A stretch of DNA of 64,000 nucleotides. Source: Eutreptiella sp. 'Long Island Sound 2002' (lineage: Eukaryota > Protista > Euglenida). Positions 12,601-24,400 of this stretch are shown one piece after another. Made by a program: the position numbers and the translations under genes. Location: NCBI GenBank assembly GCA_964036045.1, contig OZ038378.1:194618001-194682000 (forward strand). Reading direction: 5' to 3'. Under the pieces are notes generated by a model. That model ran no database searches. It was not told the origin of the DNA and saw only the letters and a program-made list of their open reading frames with translations. The stretch's first letter is position 1. Each line of letters opens with the position of its first letter.

Positions 12601-13898
12601 CCGAAGGTACAAGGACTGCCGCACGGCTTGCCGGGTTGACAGACGAAGTCTGGTGCAATTGGAAATCGTCCTTGTAACGTCCCCCTAGGGTCCCGTATGT
12701 GGCTGCGTGTGATCGCGGTGTCCTACACTGAACTCCCCCCAAACTAAATCGCAGCAACGGGGTCTTTACTTTCGTTTGCACTGTGTTTCCAAAGAGCAGA
12801 CCCTATACAAATTCATTGGTGAATATGGTCCCCAAGCTCACACGAATGCTGGAATAAGACCTAGGACAACAACGACCATGACGACGACCAACACAAGGAA
12901 CACTGCAGTAAGTCAGACACTGTACCGGAGAAACCTGCATCCCTGTGTTGGGGGTTCAGGTGGGTCACTGCTACATACCTCGAACGAAATCTCGGCAAAG
13001 GTGGTTTGGAATTATATTGGTCACATTGGTCATGGCTCCAGACGAAGGGGGCATACGTGGAGCATACATGGATGGCCCAAGCAATCTGAGGAAGTGGTAG
13101 AGGGCAATAACAGTTTGCAGCACTGCATGCGACGGCGGCTCAGCTGTTCAAGGACATACGTCAAATGCTGGTAGAATTGATGGGCATTCAAGACTGCTTG
13201 TTGGCATTGCCATTGCTCCTGGGTACCGTGATAAAACTTGCAGGTTTCTCTGGTGCATTTCCCGGCCAGATTATCCTGAAGGAAGCCGAAAGAACGAGTA
13301 CATGGGAGCTCGGCTTGATGGCCTCCTGCCCAACCAACCTTCCAACCACACCGGTCTACGATCCACAGGGTTGCGTAAGAAACGAAATACTTCAGGACAC
13401 TGGGTTTCGGGTCACAGTGGCACGCTTGTCAGGACCTTGCAGAAATCGAGCTGCTCCAAAGACAAGTTGGTGTGCAGGAAGCGGCAGCTCTCGCGGGCGC
13501 ACTTGCCATGTACCCAGTCTCTGCACCGATCAAGCTTGGGCATTCCAGGAATGCCAGGGAAAGCTGGGTAGCTTGCAGGTGGGAAATTGGGGTGATTTGC
13601 TGCCATTTGTTCGTGTGTGAATCTGCATGTGTCACCTACAAATACAAACAAGCTGAGCAAGAAGCAGATACTTGGCAACCGTTTGGCGTCCTAGCACCTC
13701 TGTTGCTAACGCAACCCAGAAACGACAAAGCTCCATGTTGCAAACGACTGTTCGTTGAAATACGAATTCAATTCGAAACAATAAGGCTGCATCTGTGTTG
13801 AGGCAAACACTAGGGATACCTCGGGTGCATTTGCCGTGCAAGTTATCCTTGCAAACTTCTGCACGGCCAGTCGTGCAAGTGTAAGGATACCCAAACAT
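9646..13898 (-). CDS. Tandem CCCH zinc-finger RNA-binding protein (5 fingers, muscleblind/ZC3H-like), 5 exons, 238 aa
   Basis: Exons 13898-13820, 13635-13436, 13275-13160, 13085-12979 and 9860-9646 total 717 nt, with all introns GT-AG and phases consistent. Fingers: CKDNLHGKCTRGDTCRFTH, CRDWVHGKCARESCRFLH, CKDNLAGKCTRETCKFYH, CRDFVRGKCERPGCKFVH, CRDFVRGKCTRTDCKFSH. Three fingers are completed only across splice junctions. Confidence 0.92.
11693..11790. repeat. (TCA/TCT/TCC)n trinucleotide tract in the 3.1-kb intron of the CCCH gene
   Basis: Degenerate TCA/TCC repeats that read as a D/E-rich tract on the minus strand. Confidence 0.75.
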
Positions 13899-15400
13899 TT
13901 AAGCAATAAAGCTACAAGTGACAAAGCAGTAGACGGCGCCAAGGGCAAGAAAGGCAGCAGCACTGCGACCACAGATGTCAGCGATCTGGAACTCCACAAA
14001 TGATATGCAGTTGGGGGTTTCGATTGTGGGTCCAACTTTCTGAGAATGGTGAACCATTCGTTCCCAGCCCCCTGCTATCTGTAACCGTCGTTGAAGCTTT
14101 CCTCCCTGTCCAACAGGCTGCCAAAAAACAAGCAAAAATGTCTGTTTTCCCAGTGTCCTTGCTGGCAACGGCGAGCACACTGGACTTGTCGTACAGAATG
14201 AGAGGTGGAAAGGCTAGAAGGGTGGTAAATGCCAACGTGAAATTATGAAATATCATCCCGTGAAATTATCACATCGCAGGTGATTACTGGTGTGTGAAAA
14301 TTGTGCCGAAATTCTAAATTTGCAAACGCGACCCCATCCGTTTTGCTCCCAAATCCCAATCAAGTCCCAATCGATCCCTTAACCCGTTGTCATGCAGGGA
14401 AACAGTCAGGATGCATACTCGATCATGTCGATTACATAGGATGGATTAATCACAAAGCTCAACTCAGATGCGCAGATACTCTGATTAGACACATACGGAG
14501 AGGGAAACAGCAACAGTCGCCAGCTACGGCGTACGACTATTGCTATAGTGTTGCATGCGGTCGGTTTGCTTCCACGCGTGTCATCAGACGCGCAAAACAA
14601 AAATGCACACCCAAAGTACGACCAAGCTTACCTCTGCGTCGCCGAGACCAAGGGGCCACGGAAGAGGCGAATTTTTGTCGTCCAATTCCGCTGGTCTTTC
14701 CAGCCGGATTGTGCTCTGTGGGTTGACGACTTTCGATACAGACACGCTCTGCTCATTCGTCACCGATGGGCGACACCCGTCTCTGTTGGTCGACTCGGCA
14801 TGCCCCCCCCCCATAGATTGGTGGAGCGAAGTTGCAAGAGTTGCTGCACAGCGCGCTGAGCACGGCAGATTCTTGTGGGGAGGGGCAGGGTGCACGAGTT
14901 TGCGCTCCAACAGCCTGCAGCGATATCGCAGTGATTGTTTCCTTTTCTGGGCAGTCAATGTGTTCATCTTCGTTAGCTGAGTGGTGTGCAGCTATCACTG
15001 TGGGCACTTGAGTTTGAAGTGCTCTGGTGAACTTTCTTGGTCACTGTGCCAGACACATTCAGAGGGTCACAAGGTCCTGTGAACAGTTGATGTGCACGAA
15101 TCCGACGCAGCACGGCAGGCCCTGTGCTGCGTACTATGCATGTGCTGCGTACATGGTGAAGATAAGTTGGAGGTCTTGGATTTTGTGTGGGCTCGTAGTC
15201 ATTTTCAGTTTGGTTGTGTACAAACAGCCGACAAATCCCATCTGGCAAGTGGAGTTCCTGATTACAGCCAACATGGCGGGCCACTCCCATGAGTGTTCAA
15301 CAAGAGCTGGGCATTCACGTCACCTTTCCCCTCCCTGCTGCGATTTCGTGGGCGCGAGTTTTTTCGCCCCTTGACTTTGATAGGTGTTGGTCTCATCCCA

Positions 15401-18400
15401 ATGTCTGCCCGCAAGGCTGTACCTCTTTCCAAGCGCATACTGCTTTCCCTTGCGCCAAGTGTCGTCAATCAAAAGAGTGGACCTTCTCTCAGCAGGTATG
15501 TTGCGACGCATGAGACCAAAAACCAGCAACCCGCGAAGTCAACACAGTGCACCCTAACTACTACGATGGTACAGCGATACGATTCGCATCACCAATTTTT
15601 CACATATGACCACTTTTGAGGCTTTGAGATAGCTCCCTGCACTGGAAGGACACCAAGATCGTTTCAGTTTTCACGGGTCGAGCGCCGCTGCCAAAGTTTT
15701 CAACAGACAAATGAAACGGGTGGACATGCGTTTACACCAACTGGCATGGTGGACACCCTTCGTTCCACTAGGGTTGGAGCAATAGTTGAGCAGATTTCCA
15801 AAGCCATCAAAGACCAAAAGAAGGAGGCCATCATCGTTGCAGCCAAAGGACCGACACCCGCGCTGTACCCAAGCTTATTTGAGCAGGTGATTTCCGCTAC
15901 AATTAGATACCCGCTGGCTTTCAACTCTTGCTTCCCGGATTCCGTCCTGAATCATTCGCCTTTTTGTATTCAGTATGGTGTGCAATGCACGCCCGTCCAA
16001 TCCACAAGTGCAAGTGATGTCAAGGCTGAGATTCAAACCCTGTTGTCGCAAGGACAGGTGCCCTTGGTCACAAAGGTATGCTTGCACCAACGAGGAAGCT
16101 CGCCGCTTTTCCGAAAAATGTCTGCAGTCAGCAGCTTTGGTTATATCAAATCCCTAGTTGCCACGAGCACGAACAAGTACATCAGTACTGACGTGCTCTT
16201 TTCCTTTTGGAAAACAGGCGGTTTTCTGTGTTGTTGTCCAAAAGCAGCGCACGCAGAGCTGTGTCGGGCATTCGCAATGCAAGCTCCCAGCAGTATGGGC
16301 TTTTGTTTTGTCCAGTTGTTCGTCTCGAGCCTCTTTCCCCTGAAATTGCCCTGTGGAGGGTCGCCCATGCAGGTTAGGACATCGGGATGCACAAAAGTTG
16401 ACAAAGACACTCAAGTACGTGAAGCGGCCGGAGGTTCGGGTTGGGAGCTATCGGAAGTAAACAAAATTAGGAAGTATAAGTCAACAGCATTACCAATCAC
16501 CCTGCAGGTTGTGAAACATGCAAGAACTCCACCGTCCATAATCCCTCAGCCCACCAGAGCCGGATGGGTGGACGCAGCCGGCTCCGACAGACATCGTTCA
16601 TCCCGCCTCTCAGGACCGGTGCCAGGGTGGGTATGCAAGCTCTAGACAGCCGACCCGGGCGAGAGTGGGATCGAACGGCCCCCGGTCGGTGGTAACTCCC
16701 AACCAAAGAAGGTGAAGTGAACGACGGCTGGTGCACGAACTTATGTTCTTGGCACTTGGGTATCTATTTCAAATAAATTGAGATTGTGTTTTGGTTTGTG
16801 GTTTGGTTGGCTTTTCGCCTGTTTGGCTAAAATCAAGTGTAACAATATCTGTTCGTATCAGTTACACTTGATCTGAGCCAAAAAGGCGAAACCAACCAAA
16901 CCACACTCCAAACCACCTTCTCAATCTGGTTGAAAAAGAAAATGCCTCAGTGCCAAGAACATGAGTTTGTGTACCAGCCGTCTTTCATTCACGTCAGCGT
17001 GCACGTGCAGCGGAGGCTACCAGAGTATTGAGGCTTTAGGGTTGTGAGGACTCTTTCGAGCAGGGAGGCTGCTCACCTATCAAAAGGCGCCAACAAAATT
17101 TTTGATGCCCGATTCAGTTGGATTGCGTCACCCAGACAGCAAAATAACAAGGCACAAGGCCGCGTCAAACCCAGTAAAACAACATTTCAGCTTGACACTG
17201 CACATGATGGGCCAAAAGCCACCTTTCTTTCCCACACGACATGTCACCAGTCTCTCACAATTTGAGGGGAAAACAACACGCACGCCGAGTACCGTGTCAA
17301 GGCACGACGGATGTACTACAAAAACACTGGCCGGCGACCCTGGGATTACTCTAAAAGAGAGGGCTGGACCCTTCAACCCTCATCTATCGGACAGTTGAAC
17401 TGAACTGGGTTGGAATCCCAGTCTGAAAAGGCCCTGTCCAGGACGACAAGGCTGGTGTACGAGGGAAACCTCACTCACAGGCTGTGCAGTCGTCGCCTCG
17501 CGTAGCTTTGTTAAACGCAGATGTACCATATCGTTGGTTGAGGCCATTATATAGTCTGCAACACTCCTACTGGAAGTTAATGGTGCATTGTCCCAAGTTC
17601 CCGAACTGGATGGGGGTTGAGTCCCATTTCAATACCATTGGGGTGACAAATCAACAACAGTGCGGAACCACCTGCACATTTTGCTGCAGTGCTTCGGCAG
17701 GTGTTTTTGGACAGACTCCTCAACAATTCCCAGCCTCCAGGCGCCATGGGGACCCGAACGAGCAACATCTCGGTCGCACACGCACACGGAAATCCACAAT
17801 GCACTGGACACCTGGAATGCAAGCTGCAACCTCGAGCGAAACTCTCAGGTGCAGGTTCTGACGCACCCCATTGGCAGGTCTGCGCTTGAGCATGGAGGGG
17901 GGGGGGTACCCCACAACCGTCAGTTACGCTCCAATCGTATCTTTCCAAAGTCAACTGCGGCTGCGACGGTTGCGTAACCGCCGCCTCCTGCTCCGGCCCT
18001 CGCCAACCAGTTTTAGCAGCGCTTGTGGCACTACCCTGTGGCCTCCCTTTTTCAAGCGCAAGCCTGCCCACCGCATGTCGACAGGATTCTGACGCCGACG
18101 CGGCCCAGATCGCTGCCGATGCCTCGGCTGATCTTTTGGTGATGCTGTCCAATATTGAGGGAGTATTCAGTGACGCTCCGGGTAAAAAGGGGGCTCAGCT
18201 CATGAATTCCCTGTCCCCGTCGGAGGTATGTGCAGCAAATCAAGCTGTTGCATGTCATCGCTCACTGAGCCTACTGCCCTCGCAGCCTGGGCAATTTTCG
18301 CCGCAGAGGCGCGACGGGATGATTTGGATTCTGTCTGCCTGCTACGTGACAACGCCGCAGGCTGAGTGTGTCACTATCCAACAATTTTGCTGGTTTCTGC

Positions 18401-21400
18401 GCCCAAGGTGCTTTCCGAAGGAGAGGGGCCTCCCCCAAGGATCCCCTCCTCCCCCTGAGACAGCCGACCCCGGAGTAGTCAAACAGGACAAGTCAGCCAG
18501 GGGCTCCGTTGACACAACCAAAACACGTTCGGACCCACAGAGAGTCGGAATGTGCAGTGGCGAGAGGCCAATAGGCGCCGCCAAAGGTAAACAAACCAAA
18601 ACCATGGCCTCGTGCCAAAACCCCCCTCCCTCCTGTCACCCAGGGCCTTTGAAATTTGGTTTTGCCCTTTAGCGTCGCAGACTGAGTGTCCACAGCAAAA
18701 GGGTGCTGGGTTCCGCGCCACGCCCTGCTTGGCTCTTCACCCACCACCTCCTGCGTCGCCCCTCCGCACTCCACCGTCCAGACAGTGCAGTTCGGCAGCG
18801 GTGGAATGGAGGAGAAGGTGAAGGCCGCCCGGCAGGCCAACGGGCAGCAAATCAACGCCATCATCGCCGACGGGTCCCAGCAGGAGGTATGTGCCCCCGG
18901 ATCGCCCTTGTGCTCCCATCTGGTGGCCTGTGTGGACCGGGTGACATGGGGTGCAACAACACGCTGAAGTATCGTTGCACTAGAGTCCACCGATGTGAAA
19001 CCAGGCCAACACAAGGCAACACAGATGACATCAAGGCCGTCAAACAAGATCAACATCAGCCACAAGGAACACCGGTCGCAGCGACCGGCAGAACGCAGCG
19101 ACCCGACGCAGCACGCGAAGGGAAGAACGGGTGACTTACCAGGGCCCCGTAAAGAAACCGCAACCCGACGACATGTCGCACGGGGGGGGGGGGGGCGGTG
19201 GGTGCTGGGTTGAGGGCCGGGCTTCTGTTCCGATTCAAACCCGTTTCGCAGTGCCCAGACAACGGCGAGCACTCCACTGCCTGGCAGTTCTGCAGCGCCG
19301 CACCCCCGATGGAAGCAGGCTCGCTCTTTTCATTCCTCCCACGTCACGCACGTGAGAGCGTCGAGGGCCATTTTCTTTTCAACTCACCGCTTTGGGGTTT
19401 GAGGGTGCCTAGTGGGACACAGAAACACACGCAATTGGGGCGGTGTCAGGGTGTTTATTGGGACCTCAGTCACCTGCTGCGCCTCTTGTTGGGACACATA
19501 AACATTGAGGCCGCATGCCCTGCAACAACTGCCACTTAGTACGCACTACCTGAACCCCCTCCCCTCCTCCTCCCCCAGCGCCTCCGGCCAGAAGCCCCCG
19601 CCCCCCCGTTGCACACTCCAGACTGATCCAGGAGTGCACGGCGTGCATCCATTCCTCCAGACGTCCCAACGCACCGAGTCAAACCATCGCCCTCGTCCGA
19701 CTGGAATCCCAGTCGCCACAGGGCTGTCATGCGTCGGTGCTTGCTCGACGGGGCCTTTGGAAACTTTCTCTTGAGCTTGAGGAGGGCTGAGACTTGTAGA
19801 ATCGCGGGCCGGGCTCGACGCCCCCACATTGTGCGCCATGTGACGTGGTGTGGGGAGTTCTCAAACCGGCGCGGAGACGCCGGTGGCCGGGGACAGTCCG
19901 TGCGCCCAATGCATCGTGGCTCATGCGGGACTATGTGGTGGGGCATGCCGTGCGCGTCGGGCAGAGGAAGTGGGGGATTTGCCCGTGTCCTCGACCCCCT
20001 CTCCCCCTCGCGCACACACGGCCCAAGTCTGGCAAAGCAGTGTCAGACAGGCGTCCCGTGCCTGGACAGGGCCGTGTTGACCTCGATCTTCTCTGGGGGG
20101 TTTGGTCCCCTTCCGGCAACAACTCCTGGAGCCATCAGGAACACCCAACCGAAGGGGGTCGCAGGTTCAAGCACAGAGGGGGTGATGAGCACCACCAGCT
20201 CGTCGCAGGCATGACCCAGTCCCTCTTTCCCGCTTCCACCGGCTCACGAGACATCAATTGAGGGCTCAAAACTCACAGGGACTCTGCACAAGCGATGTCC
20301 AGTCTCATCACGTTTGTTTTCCGTTTGTTCGGAGGTAGAGGCTCGTCTGTGTGGGGCCGCATGTGGGGGTTTTCAATGTCAATGCCCGGAGAGCAGAATA
20401 TGGTGCCGGCTATGCTTGCCAACTGCGCTTGGTATCATCATTCACCCGGGGCATGTGTTAAGTGTAACACACACGATGGCACGGTCGCATGCTCGAGCGT
20501 CTCCTCGTGTCACGGGCCTCACGCATTCTGATGGCTCTGATGGGCTGCAGGTGGTGAGCCGCATCCTGAAGGGCGAGAACGTGGGCACCGTCGTCCAATT
20601 CGAGGAGGACACCACCGTCGGTCCGCTGCAGATCTGCCAGCAAGCGCGGCGAGGGCTGCGCGAACTCAAGGACTTGAGCGGAGAGAAGCGCAGTGAGCTG
20701 CTGCGCCGCGTTTCAAAGGTTCGCCTTGTCGGCAGATTTCAGGTGAGGTTTGGGTGCGGGGGCTTAGGCGGTGCCCACCACGCCACGCCACGCCACGCCA
20801 CGCCACACATCCCGATCACAACCCATCACACCACACCACAGTAGCCCAGGCACACTACGCGGCACAACACGCCGTCGGCAGTCGACTGGTGGTCTGGTCG
20901 AATAAGAGGAGGATGGGATTGGAAGAGCCGCGCGCTCGCAAGTTTCTTTAGCCTGCTTTTTGTGGTCTGCTGTGCGGTGGAAGGGGTATGCAGTCCCAGG
21001 TCTTGCATTTGTCTCTGTGCGGCGCTCGGGATCTCGACGTTTCCTGGGCTTGACCACAGGTGCTCTTGGACAAGGCGGACGTCATCTTGGAGGCCAATGA
21101 GAAGGATTTGGAATACGCCAAACAGACCAACCTCGATCCACACATGTTGGCCCGACTGAAGCTCTCAAAGGCCAAGCTGGAGACCCTGTCCAAAGGCATC
21201 AACGACATTTCAAACCAGCCCGACCCAATCGGTTCTCCCGTTTTCCCCGTCGCATCGCAAACGGTCGGTGGAAAGGATCTTCGAAGGGGGATCGGCACGG
21301 ACGTCCCCGCTTGGGACCAGTTCTGTGTGACTCGTGAACTATTGTTCCCCGTGCAGCGACCCAGCCGGTGCACTGGCGGTGCACCCGCGCCAACCACCCG

Positions 21401-24400
21401 GAAAGGCCCGGCGGTTTGCGCTGATGAAAGGGGGGGGGCTAATTATGGTGAGCTAAGCGAAGGGGGCGCGGATGAACTGGGGCGGGGGTGCCATCGAGAC
21501 GAGGTATCTGTGCCGGTTGGCACTTCCGGATGTTCGCAGTGGTTCAAGTTTTGGAGAGAAAACTGTCTCCACTGTTTGTGCCCGGGCGGTGAGACGTTTG
21601 GTGGCCAATGACTGGGACCGTTGTCCCTCTGCCCACAAGTGCTGCTTCTGGGGACGGGCCGATGTAAGTTTCCACGGATTTTGTCACGGGTGCCCACGTC
21701 AACGCACGTTGACGTGCGTCACGTGCGGCGCCACGAACATCACTGCGCTATTCTCGCGGGCACAAGATTGCTGTCGCAACACCCGTCAAGCAAGAATCGA
21801 CCGCCTCCCAAAGGGTCGGCAGAGGCGGTGCACCGCGTCGTCGCAAGTCGTCGCATGTGCGCCTGTTGTGTAGGCCAAGTGGTCGCTGCCCGGGAGATCA
21901 CTGAGGGGTTGGTGCTGCGGCAGGAGACCGTGCCACTGGGAGTGCTGATGGTGATCTTCGAGTCCCGCCCAGACGCCCTGCCTCAGGTTTGTGATGGATT
22001 GCGGGTCTCTAGTGGAGCCGCGTGAAGGGGGATTGGCCTATTTGGGGCAGCGGGAGTGCCGGGGTGCGCAGGCGTCATTGGGCTGCCGTGAGTGGTCGCA
22101 TTGGCATTGAGCATGAGCTGGGGCTGTGGGCACTGGGACGGGGGTCGTGGGCACTGGGGCTGGCGCTGTGGGCACTGGGACTCGGAGTTTGGGCACTGGG
22201 GCTGGGGTGGTGGGCATTGGGACCGGGCACTGGGGTTGTGGCTGCCCTCGCTGCGCCACGCACACGTTGGTCGCGTCTGAGCCCTACGTTCCCGCCAGAT
22301 TCCCTGCGCCCATCGGTGCGGCAATCCCCCGCGCCGGCGATTGGGCGGTTCAGTTTTGCGAAAAAAATCATGAATAGGACCGCAGCAACTGCCGTCTATG
22401 ATCACTGCTGAAGATTGGTGGTGGTTGCCTCTTGCCTTGTTTTGGGTGACCTAGATGAGTCGCGTGGCCGACATGCGCCACATGATCCAGGTTGTCGCGC
22501 TGGGGTTGCGATCCGGCAATCCGCTGATTCTCAAGGGTGGAAAGGAGGCCGCTCACACAAATGCGTGCCTTTTGGGATTGATCCATGAGGTATGTCATTG
22601 GTGAGCACATAAAGGGCTGCATTGTTGTGAGCGTATTCACGGCATCACGTTGTGCAAATGCGGTGCGGCACATTGAGTGCAATGTGAAGGTGTTGCCAGC
22701 CAGTGTTGCCAGCCAGATCCTGCGAATGGAATTCTGGAATATGGGAATGGGCAAGCAAGCGCATCGAGTTGTGCAGAAGGTCTCTTTCGGGTCACAACAT
22801 ATTGTGTGCGTGAGCAATGGCCACAAAGATTCCAGGGGGACGTAAACCCTTTTATTTTCCAGCGCCAAAATGATATCAAGCATGCCAACGTGTGGTGCTG
22901 TGGAATGCTTCAGGGCGAGAGGCTTGTTCTGATGCACTCTGAGCACCCCCAAAGGGCAGATCCACACACTTTCATGTCCCATCGAGTACACATTCCGCCC
23001 GAAATGCAAAACACCTGGTCAAAAATTAATACCAAGCCCTTGACAATGTAGGGGAGGGGGGTTTAAGCAAACCAGTTTGTATCAGCATGGATGAGCAATG
23101 TGCTTTTCTCCAACAGCACAGCATGGTGCAGCACAGTATGGCTAGAACACTCCAGTGGATCCATTTCTCACAAGCCCCCTCCCCCAGCCGCTATTGGGGA
23201 GGGAGGTTTCCACCCCCACCAGTATGGGGTCTGCCTGGACGCACCTGGCCAATGGCAAGGGCCGTCCTTCCTCTGTGTGGACCCGACCCAGTGCAGTGAA
23301 ACCGGGACAGTCTGGGCTCTATTGACACAACCCGACAAGGGAAAGGAAGGGTGTTGATAGGCTAGACCGGTAGATCAAGGGCATTGGTTGCTGAGAGGTC
23401 GAGGGGCACCGCCGCGTGCGGAGAAAACGGGGTCCAAGAAAGGACAAGGGTTGGTGCTGAGAGGCCAATAAGCGCCGCCAGGCATCACACCAACCCTGCT
23501 CCCCCCATAGCACAGCAGAGCACATGATTCACCCCAGAAACCTGAGCATCACATTTGAAATCAACACCCCAACTCATTCAGGAAACGCCATGGTTTTCTA
23601 AGCCGCAAGCACGACGCGTGACTCCCAACCCATCAACCAAAACCCCAAAGGGGGGGCGGAAGCCTCCAAAGCACAGGAAGGGAGCCAGGACACGACCCCC
23701 AGCACAACAGGTACAGCAAAAAGTAAAAGGAATTGGTGCCAGACCCATGTCTCATGCCACAAAAATGGAAGCCATTCGATTGCTGAGCACATTGCCCACA
23801 GGGATTGAGGAGCCGTGCCGCCTTCCACAACCCTACTTGGGACACACACCAGAGCACCTAGCCCTGCCTGCACACGTCAGTGAGGACCTTTCACACTTCC
23901 TGGAAGAAAGGAGATGCCTGGCCAACACTTTTCTGTGAGACTGACACTACCACGGGTGCGTTCATTGCAATTTTCTCATACTGATCAAGCGCCAGAGTTG
24001 CAGATACCCCAACCACAGAAAACAGAAGCGCCATATGCTACCTACATGGGTCAAAGGCCCCATGTCAAAACAACTCACACGATGGCGCGCGCGAGGGAAA
24101 CAAATGCTCCGACAACAAGGGCTATGGTTAGCAAGGCATGCTAAGCTGCTGGAGGGGGCGTATAACCATACCAAAACAGTTGCATCTAGGGCATACACCG
24201 CAAGACAGTTCCAAACCTGGCATCAAAAGGAGCAACACCGGGTCCAGGTCCATTGGGAATACAAGCAGGACCTGTTCCAATTTTTTCATAGACAAACTCA
24301 ACCTGCAACGCGCGGCCAAACGCTCCGGGAATCCCGACTCACTTCTGCACCACCCCAGCAAACGAGCACGACATTGAGTGGGTGGGCATGACACTAGCCC

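Noticed and set aside
15746-16645. 299-aa ORF as a stand-alone gene
   Set aside because: Only exons 2 and 3 of the P5CS-like gene are coding. The rest is in-frame intron read-through.
17395-17425. GGGTTGGAATCCC resembling a tRNA T-arm
   Set aside because: No acceptor stem, D-arm or anticodon arm can be folded around it.
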